Below are positions 8,513 to 17,705 of a stretch of 64,000 nucleotides of DNA, in pieces (the stretch's first letter is position 1; every line of letters begins with the position of its first letter). This DNA comes from an uncultured Spirochaetota bacterium. GTDB lineage: Bacteria > Spirochaetota > Spirochaetia > SZUA-6 > Fen-1364. Below the pieces are notes generated by a model. That model searched no databases and had not been told where the DNA came from. It saw only the letters and a list, made by a program, of their open reading frames with translations. Position numbers and translations under genes: made by a program. The stretch lies in contig CAWJSK010000015.1 of assembly GCA_963845535.1 (NCBI GenBank), positions 192,001-256,000 on the forward strand, read 5' to 3'.

Positions 8513-11500
8513 GATGACTGTGAATCCGCGGAGAAGGCGAGGAAGCGGCAGATCACGGGTCCCTCTTCGCCGCCCACGAGGTACCCGTCGACGCGAAGGG
8601 ACCTCCGCCCGACCTCGGGGAAGTCGATCTGGATAGAGCGGCCCTTGACCGCGAGGTCCCGTATCAGCTCGACCTCCAGGAGCGCACGCATGTCATCCGT
8701 GTTCCACGCGCCTCCCTGCGCCTCGTAGAACCGCTGCCCGTCCGGGACAGGCGCCGGGGACATCGTACGGAACGCATCGTTTGTCATCAGGATCCGAAGC
8801 GCGTCGTCCAGGGCCACCACCGGCGTGTCCGCGTGCGTGGCAAGGCGAAGGGCGCACTCGTTGGCAACCCGAAGGCGTCGGGTCAGGGCTGTCTTTTCGC
8901 TCATGTGCTCATGGATGTCGACAAAGGAGAGCACCACGCCGGCAATCGCATCCTGCGTCGTGCGATAGGGGTGAAGCCGCAGGGAGTACCAGTGCCCGTC
9001 CCGAGTCTGAACCGCCTCCCGGTACGGGATGAGCGTCTCCAGGACCTTCTGCGCGCGCTCGACGAGGTTTTCCATCTGGAGGTTCGACGTCACGTGGCCC
9101 AGCGGCCTGCCAACGTCGGTGCCGATCAGGTTGAAGATGCGCGTGGCATCCGGGGTGTAGCGTTTGATCTGCAGGGCGTTGTCCAGGAAGATCGTCGCGA
9201 TGTTGCTGCTGTTGAGGAGGTTCATCATGTCGTCATTGATGACGGACAGCTCGTCGATCTTGTTCTGGAACTCGTTGTTCACCGTGAGAAGCTCTTCGTT
9301 GACGGACTGGAGCTCCTCCCGCGAGGTCTCGAGCTCTTCGTTGGCGCTCTGCAGCTCTTCGTTTGTGGACTGGTACTCCTCGTTGGCTGATCGAAGCTCC
9401 TCGTTTGCCGTCTCCAGCTCTTCGATGGTGCTCCTGAGGTTCTCCTTGGTGTATTGAAGCTCCGCCTCCAGCTCCCGTATCCGCGCGTCCCCTTTGCCTT
9501 TTTCACCGGTCTTGCGTGCCGCGGGAACCTCGACGGTTTCCCAGAAGCTCACGACGAGAAAGCCCTGGCGCTCCGGTATTCCCAGGACGGGCTGCACGGA
9601 AATGCGCGTCACGAACACAACCGCGTCGCGCTTGATCCGAACGCCGTCCCGGAGGATGGCTTTCCTGTGCGCGCTTGCCTCCATGAGGGCGGAGGAAATT
9701 TCGCTTCGCAGCTCCGGGCGGACCATGTCGACGATGCTCATGTTCGGCTCGCCCTGCGCAAGCTCCAGGAACCTGTTCGTCTCTCCATGGACGTACACGA
9801 TGTGGAACGTCGAATCCACCAGGACGGACGGCCCGAGGGCTTGCAGGAGGGACCTTTCGGACATGCTTCCGGCCAGAATGTCCAGGCCTTTGGGAACGGG
9901 GGAAAGGGAAAGCTCGCGCCACGCGGAGTGCGCGGGCATGGGGATACGCAGGTCAGACGACCCTCGACGGCCGTAAATCTTCCATTTGGCGTCGAGCACC
10001 TGGAAGTAGTCGGCATACTCGCCGATGGTTTCCGCCGTCCCGAGGAGAAGGATGCCGTCTCCGCCCAGAGCGTAGTGGAGGATGGGAATGAGCCTGTGTT
10101 GCAGGTCCGAGCCCAGGTAGATGAGGACGTTGCGCACCGAGATGAGGTCCATGCGGGAAAACGGGGGGTCGTTCGTGATGTCCTGAACGGCGAAGACGAG
10201 CTTTTCCCGCAGCTCCTTCCTGACTTGAAGCTGGTGGTCCGCCCGGACGAAGAAGCGGCGGACCCGATCCTCGCTCATGTCCTGCGCAACAGCCGCGGGG
10301 TACATGCCCGCGCGTGCGGTGTTGATGGCGTCTGCGTCGATGTCCGTGCCGAAGACCTGGATCTCGAGGTATTTGCCAAGCTGTTCCACGCATTCCTGGA
10401 GCAGCATGGCCAGGGAGTAGGATTCCTCCCCCGTCGAGCAGCCCGCCGTCCACGCCCGGACCGTTTCACCGTCCTTTTTGGCCGACAAGCGTTCGAGGAG
10501 CAGCTTTTTCAGCAGCTCGAAGGCCTCCTCATCCCGGAAGAATTGCGTGACGTTGATCAGGAGGTCCTTGAAGAGCGCCTCCGTTTCCGGTGGGTTGTCC
10601 GTCACGAATTGCGCGTAGTCGCGCAGTTCTTCAATGCGGTTGACGCTCATGCGCCGTTCAATGCGCCGCTTCAGGGTCGAAAGTTTGTACCCGGAGAAGT
10701 CCCGCTTGGTGCGGAGCCGGATGATGGAGAATATCTTCTGCATGTCGCTCGACTGTCTCTCGATCATGTCGCGGCGCTTTTCCGCCGCCATTCCGCGGGA
10801 TTGGCGGACGTACTCGATGAGCGACGCAGGCATGTCCTGGGGCGCGCGGATGTAGTCCGCGACCCCCGCGGCAATGGCCGCGCGGGGCATCCCGTCGTAG
10901 CGGGCCGTGTCGGGGTCCTGCACAATGACCATGCCCATTTTGGCCTTGACGGCTTTTGCCCCCAGAGTCCCGTCACGGCCGGTGCCCGACATGATGATCC
11001 CCACCGCGCGCTCTCCAAGCTCTTCCGCGAGGGACCGGAAGAATGCGTCAATGAGGGAGAACTCCGGCTGGCCCACTCTTTCCCGAAGCCGCAGGTGCCG
11101 GCCTTTCTCCAGCGTCATGATCTTGGTAGGCGGCATCACGTAGACATGGTCCGTCTCCACCCGCTGTTCCTCCGCCTCCGTGACGGCCATCCCGGTGTGG
11201 CGCTTGAGGAGATTTGCCATGGCGCTGGGGTGCGTGGGGTCCAGGTGCTGGATGATCACGAAGGCCATCCCGGTCTTGGGCGGCATGGCGGAAAAAAAGT
11301 GCTCCAGGGCCTCGAGGCCGCCGGCGGAGGCGCCAATGCCGACGATAGGAAAATCGGCGGAGGTGGTAGGAAGCACCGGCGCGACGGGCAGCGTCTCAGG
11401 GTTGGGCAGGGTCTCAGGCCTGAGCAGGGTCTCAGAGTTGGGCAGCGTCTCAGGTCTGGCCGGGCTCGGAGAGCTGGTCTGAGCAGGTTGAAGGGTCGTC

Positions 11501-11541
11501 TTGCCTTTGGGGTCGGCCGAAGCCTTTCTCTTCCCTGCCAT
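8509..11541 (-). CDS. CheB methylesterase-CheR methyltransferase-PAS fusion protein
   Basis: CheB triad motifs GASAGG/QHL/GTGRDG; CheR 'AGCSTGEE', 'SVRNVLIY'; 'NEELQS' coiled-coil repeats; C-terminal PAS. Confidence 0.93.
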   Translation of the reverse strand: MAGKRKASADPKGKTTLQPAQTSSPSPARPETLPNSETLLRPETLPNPETLPVAPVLPTTSADFPIVGIGASAGGLEALEHFFSAMPPKTGMAFVIIQHLDPTHPSAMANLLKRHTGMAVTEAEEQRVETDHVYVMPPTKIMTLEKGRHLRLRERVGQPEFSLIDAFFRSLAEELGERAVGIIMSGTGRDGTLGAKAVKAKMGMVIVQDPDTARYDGMPRAAIAAGVADYIRAPQDMPASLIEYVRQSRGMAAEKRRDMIERQSSDMQKIFSIIRLRTKRDFSGYKLSTLKRRIERRMSVNRIEELRDYAQFVTDNPPETEALFKDLLINVTQFFRDEEAFELLKKLLLERLSAKKDGETVRAWTAGCSTGEESYSLAMLLQECVEQLGKYLEIQVFGTDIDADAINTARAGMYPAAVAQDMSEDRVRRFFVRADHQLQVRKELREKLVFAVQDITNDPPFSRMDLISVRNVLIYLGSDLQHRLIPILHYALGGDGILLLGTAETIGEYADYFQVLDAKWKIYGRRGSSDLRIPMPAHSAWRELSLSPVPKGLDILAGSMSERSLLQALGPSVLVDSTFHIVYVHGETNRFLELAQGEPNMSIVDMVRPELRSEISSALMEASAHRKAILRDGVRIKRDAVVFVTRISVQPVLGIPERQGFLVVSFWETVEVPAARKTGEKGKGDARIRELEAELQYTKENLRSTIEELETANEELRSANEEYQSTNEELQSANEELETSREELQSVNEELLTVNNEFQNKIDELSVINDDMMNLLNSSNIATIFLDNALQIKRYTPDATRIFNLIGTDVGRPLGHVTSNLQMENLVERAQKVLETLIPYREAVQTRDGHWYSLRLHPYRTTQDAIAGVVLSFVDIHEHMSEKTALTRRLRVANECALRLATHADTPVVALDDALRILMTNDAFRTMSPAPVPDGQRFYEAQGGAWNTDDMRALLEVELIRDLAVKGRSIQIDFPEVGRRSLRVDGYLVGGEEGPVICRFLAFSADSQSS
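11386..11457. repeat. 4 x 18-bp imperfect tandem repeat encoding a PETLP-type linker
   Basis: gggcagcgtctcagggtt / gggcagggtctcaggcct / gagcagggtctcagagtt / gggcagcgtctcaggtct. Confidence 0.9.
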
Positions 11542-11684
11542 CTCTCCTCCCGCAGCAGAGAGCTATTCTGGGTACGGTATCACATCCGGGAGGTGATGGT
11601 AAGGCGCGTCCGGTGTCTTCGCGCCGTCCGCCGTCCAAGCTGTTCCCCGGGAGCTAAACGATGTAGTATCTGCCGGGGGAAAGC

Positions 11685-12323
11685 GTGCAAACCACGGTCC
11701 TGATTGTGGATGATCATTCCGCTATCCGCGAAGGGCTCAAGGCGGCTCTCCGTGACTCGAAAGAGTTCACGGTGATCGGAGAAGCATCCGACGCCGGGCA
11801 CGCTCTCAGCCTTGTGGAATCCCTTCGCCCCGCCATTGTCATCCTGGACATCTCCATTCCCGACCTCAGCGGCATGCGGGTTGCTCAGATTATCCGCCGG
11901 GTTTCTCCGGGCACGAAAATAGTCGTCTATACGATGCACGGCGAGCTTGGATTGCAAACGGGCATGATCAGGGCCGGGGCCACTTCCTACGTGCTCAAGG
12001 GAGAGCCGCTCTCCGACCTTCTGGATGCGCTTCGAAAGACACGGGACGGGAAGCGCAGGTTCCCTGATCCTTCGGTGGCCCCCGCGCTTGCGGACTCAGC
12101 CGTGGAGGAATCGGACGACGTCCTTCACGTCCTCAGCCGCCGGGAGAAGGAGATATTTCTCAGGCTCGCGGAGGGCAGCTCGATCAAGCAGGCCGCTTTC
12201 GAGCTGGGCTTGAGCCCGAAGACCGTGGAGACGTACAAGTACCGCCTTATGCGCAAGCTGAACATCGACAACGTGGTGGACCTCGCCAAGATGGCCATCC
12301 GCACGCGGCTGGTCCAGCCGTAG
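11685..12323 (+). CDS. NarL/FixJ-family response regulator
   Basis: REC 'IVDDH...ILDISIP' and LuxR HTH 'LSRREKEI...LSPKTVETYK'. Divergent from cheBR-HK. Confidence 0.93.
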   Translation: MQTTVLIVDDHSAIREGLKAALRDSKEFTVIGEASDAGHALSLVESLRPAIVILDISIPDLSGMRVAQIIRRVSPGTKIVVYTMHGELGLQTGMIRAGATSYVLKGEPLSDLLDALRKTRDGKRRFPDPSVAPALADSAVEESDDVLHVLSRREKEIFLRLAEGSSIKQAAFELGLSPKTVETYKYRLMRKLNIDNVVDLAKMAIRTRLVQP

Positions 12324-12326
12324 ACG

Positions 12327-12358
12327 GACGGGAGGGGGACACCGGGACGACCTCCCGT
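12327..12358. terminator. Hairpin between convergent genes
   Basis: Inverted repeat acgggagg...cctcccgt. Confidence 0.45.
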
Positions 12359-12376
12359 TGTCTGCCTTCTTTGGCG

Positions 12377-13405
12377 CTATGCCTGTTGGCGCTGTGCCTT
12401 GACCAATTCCGGTTCGCCGACCGCCGGCCCCTTTGCGTTCTTCTCCACTCTCCTGCGCTCGAACAGGTAGAAAGCCGCCGGCACGACGAAGAACGTGAGC
12501 ACGGCGGAAGTCAGTATCCCCCCGAACATCACCACGCCGAGCCTCTGGCCGAACTCAGAGCCTTCGCCATGGCCGAATACGAGCGGCCCGGCAATCACGA
12601 GGACCGTAAGGGTGGTCATCACGATGGGACGGAAGCGCAGCCGCGCGGAGTCGATCAGCGCCTCCTTGAACGGCATCTTCCCGATTCGCTGGACAACAAA
12701 GTCCAGGTACAGGATTGCATTCTTCGCTGACAGCCCGATCAACAGCAGGACGCCGAGGAGCCCGAAGACGTCCAGTCCGCCCCCCAGCACCGCCACGAAC
12801 ACCAGGGCGCCGACGATGGCCAGCGGGACGGGAAGAAGCAGGTATATGGGATAGCGCCAGGAATTGAACTGGGCTGCCATGACGAGGTACGCAAGGAAAA
12901 GGGCGAGCAGGAACGCAATGGAGCCCGTTTGAGACATTTCCCGGGCAAGGCTGGCCGCGCTGAACATGCCTCCCGACCCCAGGGAAACGTGGCTGTCCAG
13001 CAGCCCTTGTCGGGTCAGCTCCTCGGTGAGCGTATTCTGGAACGTGAGGGCAGGTGGCGCCTTTTTTGCAAGGTCGATGGATAGGGTTGCCGCATACAGC
13101 CTGTTGTAACGGGACACCGCTATGGGAGACTGTCGAAGGACAAGACTGCCCAGTTGGCCGACCTGCAATCCCGTCTGGTTCGTCGCCGAGACGATGGGCA
13201 GGTTCAGAAGGGACTGTCCGTCCGAGAGATACGTCGGATCGATCTGGACCATGATGGGGTAGCTCTGCCCGCTGATCTGGACGTTGCCGGCCTGGGTCCC
13301 GGAGGTGTAGGTCTGAAGCAGGCTTGCCACCGCTTGCGGGTTCAACCCTGTGCCCGCCATCTTCGATTCGCTTGCATTGAGAAGTTCTTTGGCAAAGCAG
13401 GACAT
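12377..13405 (-). pseudogene. C-terminal third of an AcrB-family RND permease (5'-truncated)
   Basis: 'LIGLSAKNAIL', 'RLRFRPIVMTT', 'LTFFVVPA' correspond to TM8-12. About 340 aa versus about 1000 expected; no N-terminal half upstream. Confidence 0.8.
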
Positions 13406-13591
13406 CCTGGGGCACTCCTGGCGTTTTCCGTGGCGCTCGTTCTCTACGGCAATCAAACGTTTGCGCGGCCTGGGGACGGGCTGATTCCCGAAGGAACGTT
13501 CAGCCGTTTTTCGACGGCAGACTTCGTCAAGGAAATTTTTGCCTTTTTTCGCGCGACTCTGAAATTCTTACACTTCCCTTAACACTTTAAT

Positions 13592-13648
13592 GATAGGATA
13601 TCGAGGATAGGTTATCGACGGGGACAGGATATCGACTGGATAGAGGAT
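13592..13648 (+). repeat. Three imperfect 13-bp direct repeats in the leader of ORF 13667
   Basis: gataggatatcga (13592), gataggttatcga (13606), gacaggatatcga (13623). Confidence 0.8.
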
Positions 13649-13666
13649 CACACCGGTGAGAGGCGC

Positions 13667-14839
13667 ATGAGAAAACCCATGCTGGAGTTCCCGGTTCGAA
13701 TCGCCCTGACGGACAAGGGGGTGAGATTTTTCCTGCGTAACCGGCGCAGGATCAGCCAGGTCAGGCTGTCCGACGGCTCCCTGGAATCCGGTCTCATCAT
13801 GCAGCCGGTGAACGCCCAGGCGCTGCAAGGCATGATCTGCCGGGCGTACGTTTCGACAGTGGAAGTGGCGCGGTCGGAGTTCCGCACTCGCCGCAATGAG
13901 CTGATCGACCTGAACAAGCTGATCGTCTATGCCGTCCTGTACGAGCGCTTCGCCAACCATGTCCACCGGTTTCTCCTGGGAAGCGATTTCGTCGACCGCT
14001 GGAACCGCGAGCATCCCCGAAACCCCATCGACGCGCGCTCGAGGTTCAGCGAGCTTCCCGTGGAGGAGTTCCTCGGGAAGCATGAGCCTCTCCAGAGGCG
14101 GGTTGCCGGGGTGATCCTGGCCCGCATGGAAGCCGGTCTCTCGGACCAGCAGGGCCGCGGTTTCGAAGAGGCGGAGAGAGATGCGCGGATGAACATCGGC
14201 CGGCGATTTCTCAGCCACCTGCACCACTCCACGTGGTTCCTCCTGCTGGAGTCCAGCGGAACCGACCATCACGAGGGCTTGCTGGAAAAGATCGGAAGGC
14301 TCCTGGTCAAGTTCGTTAAGAAAGTGGACGTCGCGGACTGCCTCTCTTTCATCATCATGGAAATGGCCGCCTACGAGGAGAGCGCCAAACTGCAGGTGAC
14401 GGCGCGCCGGCTCTTCCGGGCGGGGGAATCCCCGGACCTGGAGGATGACGAAGGCCTGCGTTCGCAGGTGCGCACTCACCTGGAATCCCACAAGGATTTC
14501 CTCTATCTCACCTGGCGCATTCGCCACGGGGATCTCCCCCGGGCAGTGCGTCCCGCGCTCCAGGTCGACCTGATCAACAAGTGCTACGATTTCCATTTCC
14601 TGAAGGCGCAGATGGACAGCAGAAAGCGAATTGACGTTCGCGAACGCAGCCTGGCGGATTTCTATGAACAGCTTCCTGAGTCCCATTCGGACGGGGATTT
14701 CGGCCAGTATTACCTGAGCTACCTCGAGCAGGCCTGCACGGATCTCCGCATGCCTTTCGAATCCCGGGTCAGCCATCTCGGCCCGGAAAACCTGACTGTC
14801 ATCTCCCTGACCCTGGACATGAAGGCCAAAGCGGTCTGA
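13667..14839 (+). CDS. Conserved hypothetical protein with degenerate C-terminal GHKL/HATPase-like region
   Basis: 390-aa ORF with RBS. 'FIIMEMAAYEESA' (N-box-like) and 'GDFGQYYLSYL...TVISLTL' (G2-like plus final strand). Confidence 0.7.
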   Translation: MRKPMLEFPVRIALTDKGVRFFLRNRRRISQVRLSDGSLESGLIMQPVNAQALQGMICRAYVSTVEVARSEFRTRRNELIDLNKLIVYAVLYERFANHVHRFLLGSDFVDRWNREHPRNPIDARSRFSELPVEEFLGKHEPLQRRVAGVILARMEAGLSDQQGRGFEEAERDARMNIGRRFLSHLHHSTWFLLLESSGTDHHEGLLEKIGRLLVKFVKKVDVADCLSFIIMEMAAYEESAKLQVTARRLFRAGESPDLEDDEGLRSQVRTHLESHKDFLYLTWRIRHGDLPRAVRPALQVDLINKCYDFHFLKAQMDSRKRIDVRERSLADFYEQLPESHSDGDFGQYYLSYLEQACTDLRMPFESRVSHLGPENLTVISLTLDMKAKAV

Positions 14840-14849
14840 TCCGGACCCC

Positions 14850-17621
14850 CTATCGGATGACGATCTCGTACCAGAGCGTGCGGTAGTCAGGGCCGATCTG
14901 GATGGAGGCCTTCCCCGCGGCGTCGGCAACGGGGAGCTGGGGTCCCCTCTGCCCGCGCTCATCGAGGGCAAATGCCTCCACCCGATGCGCCGTCACCGGC
15001 AGGATTATCGTGGCGGGAATGCCTTCCACGAGAGTCGGCGCCCGTCCCCAATCCCGCCCCACGGTCGTTCGCTCGGCGTTCTTCCACCCCATCCCCGTGT
15101 TCTGGATGAATCCCGTGGCTGTCACGAGGATGCTGCCTCGCGAAAGAAGGTTGCCCCGGGCGCCGGGGCCCATTGCAGTCAGGCTGATTGCTGCCCAGTC
15201 CTGGATGGTCCGGCCGGGGGCCACCGTTATTCCCCCGAGGTCGAAGGTCCGGTTGAGGACGTAGCCGATGGCGGCCTTCGAACGGGGCGTGGAGACCGTG
15301 ACGTAACCCTTGCCTCCATGGCTGTCCCACGTCAGCTCCCCGTTCGACGTGACATACGAGCCGGGGAGCGGAGCAGGCGCGGGGGAGAGGGAAAGGTTGG
15401 GCGAGTCACTCGATGCGTCTTGCGGGGAAGGAGGACCGGCATCCGTGGCGCCGCCGGAGGGGCCCGCTGCAAGACCAACCGCGCCTTCCAGCGCGTCAGT
15501 CCTTCCGACGCCGAATGCATCCGCGCCGATTGCCGGGCCCTTCTGCAGCGTCCAGAGAATTGCGTCAGCAACGGAAACGACGGCGGGCCGTGAGACCTCC
15601 AGGGATGAGACATCCCCCCGACGGAAAAGCGCCGCCGCCGCGGGAAGCGTCACCATCTTGGCCGGGTGCTGGTCGATAGGGAAATATCCGGTGATCCGCC
15701 GCGAGTCCCAGTCATCCCGAGTGTCTCCGTAATCGAACGCAAAGACGCCGTCCCAGTCCTGCATGGCCGCGTAGGCGCAGATGAGGAGGAACGCTTCCGA
15801 GGAAAACGTGTTAGGCGCGGGGTGGTTGTACTCGCTGACGATGTAGGGCTTGCCGATGACGCGCTGCAGCGAGAGCCTGGATATCTCCCCGCCGTCCACC
15901 GAGCCGGCCATGGGCGTGTCTGTGATGAGCCAATCCGCGGGGTCCCCTGCCGCACGGGGGAAGCGTGGATGCTGCCAGTACCCGTGGTTGTCCACCACGT
16001 CCAGCTCCGCCTGGAGAGGGGCAGGGCTGAAGTCCGCCTGCGTCCCGATCACCAGGGCGTGAGCGCCCAGCTCTTCCTTGAGATAGCGCGTCATCCCCGT
16101 CCAGGAGTCCTCTTCCTCCTGCCACAGGAACCTGATCCAGTCCCGCTGCGCCGGGGCGCCCTGCTGATCGAAATCAGTCCGGCGAAAAAAATCCACGGAT
16201 TCCACGCCTTTGCCGGCAGGCAGCCCAATGGTGCCGCCAGGCGCCAGAGAGGCCTGTGAGAACCAATACGTTCCCGGGGCGGCGCCCAGGTTTCCGAGCG
16301 TCACGCGCGCGTTGTCATCTCCCTCGGAAAGCAGGAACGAGAAACGGTGCTTCCTCCAGTTCTGCGTGAGGTTCAAAGGCGCCGACCAGAGCAGCCGCCA
16401 CGGCTCGTGCGCCTGCATCACGTTGAGCTGGAGGGAGGTCGTTGCGCTGGCCCTGGCCCACACGGACAGCGTATACACCTGGTCCTTGCCCACGGCAATA
16501 CCGGCCTGGTACATCTGCACGTCCCATGCCTCCCGGCCGGGCGTGAGCACCTGGACAACCCGGGCAGCCGCCTTGTCGGGGCCTACGGGGGAAAACGCGT
16601 CCGTGGCCTTTGCTCCCGGGGAAACCTGCAAGGTCCAGGCGGAAGCCGAGGAGAGGGGCGCGAGCATTTCTGCGCCGGCGGGCTGGTCTGCCATTCCCCA
16701 GGCCTGCCGGAACGCTGACGTCGTGGGATACTGCTGGTCCAGCCAGGCGCGCCACTGGCGCGTGAGCTCATCCGCGTACACCCCGGGCATCCCGTCAAGG
16801 CTGCCGGTCCACCATTCGTGCATCAATCCGTCCTCGTTATTCAGCTCCACGAACGCAACGGACGGCTCATCCGCGTAGCTGGCGCCGGTGTACGGATTGA
16901 CGTGGGTGAGAAGGTCCCGCGCATAGCTTTTCTGCATCCGGATCATTGCCGGAAAGAAGAGATCGACCCCTTTGAAATACTGAGGCATGCCTTTCCAGCG
17001 CCGCATGCCCGGGTAGATACGCCCGACGTGAAGGTTCAAATCGGTGTAGATCCCGTTCTTCTTCAGCTCACTGATGAAGTAATCCAACCTGTCGAGCTGA
17101 TCCGCGTCCAGGGACCGGCCGTCCCGAGCGAGCAGTCCGTTGGGCGAAGGCTCAGTGTCCATGTGATGGAAGCGAACCGCGTTGATCCCGAACTTCGCGA
17201 GCCGGGCGCCAATCCTTCCCGCCTCATCATGGGAAGGGAAGCAGGCACCGTACGCGACGTTCACCCCGAGAAACCGGATGCGGTCCGCCCCTTCATACAG
17301 GTGTCCGCCACGCTCGATGATCGGCCCTTCTTTGCCGGCCGGCGCATTGTTCCAGGCGCTTACGTTGGCGACTCCGGGACTTGCATCATCCCAGGGCAGG
17401 ACAAAGGGAAAGAGGCCGGAAGGCGCGGCCGCGGAAAGAGACGATGGGCCGCAGGCCGCCAGGGCGAGGTTGCAAAGGAGAGGGAGGAAACGCCATGGCC
17501 AAGGGCGCCCGGGCAAACGGCGCCCGGGCCAACGGCGCCCGGGCAGGAAGCGCCGGGGCTGTGGAGAAACGCGTTCTGGAGGTCTACGCCGGCAGGGAGC
17601 GGTCATACCAGGAATGTCCAC
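14850..17621 (-). CDS. Secreted/lipoprotein clan GH-A glycoside hydrolase with inserted CBM4-like module (GH148-like); start uncertain
   Basis: 'GINAVRFHHMD', acid/base 'ELNNED' and nucleophile 'VSEYNH'. CBM4_9-like segment ('WDVQMYQ...YTLSVWARA') lies between them. Lipobox-like LAAC. Confidence 0.8.
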   Translation of the reverse strand: MDIPGMTAPCRRRPPERVSPQPRRFLPGRRWPGRRLPGRPWPWRFLPLLCNLALAACGPSSLSAAAPSGLFPFVLPWDDASPGVANVSAWNNAPAGKEGPIIERGGHLYEGADRIRFLGVNVAYGACFPSHDEAGRIGARLAKFGINAVRFHHMDTEPSPNGLLARDGRSLDADQLDRLDYFISELKKNGIYTDLNLHVGRIYPGMRRWKGMPQYFKGVDLFFPAMIRMQKSYARDLLTHVNPYTGASYADEPSVAFVELNNEDGLMHEWWTGSLDGMPGVYADELTRQWRAWLDQQYPTTSAFRQAWGMADQPAGAEMLAPLSSASAWTLQVSPGAKATDAFSPVGPDKAAARVVQVLTPGREAWDVQMYQAGIAVGKDQVYTLSVWARASATTSLQLNVMQAHEPWRLLWSAPLNLTQNWRKHRFSFLLSEGDDNARVTLGNLGAAPGTYWFSQASLAPGGTIGLPAGKGVESVDFFRRTDFDQQGAPAQRDWIRFLWQEEEDSWTGMTRYLKEELGAHALVIGTQADFSPAPLQAELDVVDNHGYWQHPRFPRAAGDPADWLITDTPMAGSVDGGEISRLSLQRVIGKPYIVSEYNHPAPNTFSSEAFLLICAYAAMQDWDGVFAFDYGDTRDDWDSRRITGYFPIDQHPAKMVTLPAAAALFRRGDVSSLEVSRPAVVSVADAILWTLQKGPAIGADAFGVGRTDALEGAVGLAAGPSGGATDAGPPSPQDASSDSPNLSLSPAPAPLPGSYVTSNGELTWDSHGGKGYVTVSTPRSKAAIGYVLNRTFDLGGITVAPGRTIQDWAAISLTAMGPGARGNLLSRGSILVTATGFIQNTGMGWKNAERTTVGRDWGRAPTLVEGIPATIILPVTAHRVEAFALDERGQRGPQLPVADAAGKASIQIGPDYRTLWYEIVIR
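17497..17545. repeat. 3 x 15-bp tandem repeat in the hydrolase N-terminus
   Basis: ggccaagggcgcccg / ggcaaacggcgcccg / ggccaacggcgcccg, encoding PGRRW/PGRRL/PGRPW. Confidence 0.85.
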
Positions 17622-17705
17622 GCCGCGCGCGTCACGGTCAAGTCCGCTTCCCGCTGCTCAGGGCTACTTGCTGCCGGGGCCGTCGGATAGTACCTTGGTA
17701 TCAAA

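Noticed and set aside
9290..9430. Repetitive NEEL-coding stretch
   Set aside because: Normal coiled-coil heptads of CheB-CheR fusion proteins.
9454..11703. 749-aa plus-strand ORF
   Set aside because: Antisense shadow of cheBR with no recognisable motifs; expected in high-GC DNA.
13592..13648. Repeats considered as a mini-CRISPR
   Set aside because: Units are 13 bp with 1-4 nt gaps, there are no spacers, and no cas genes are present.
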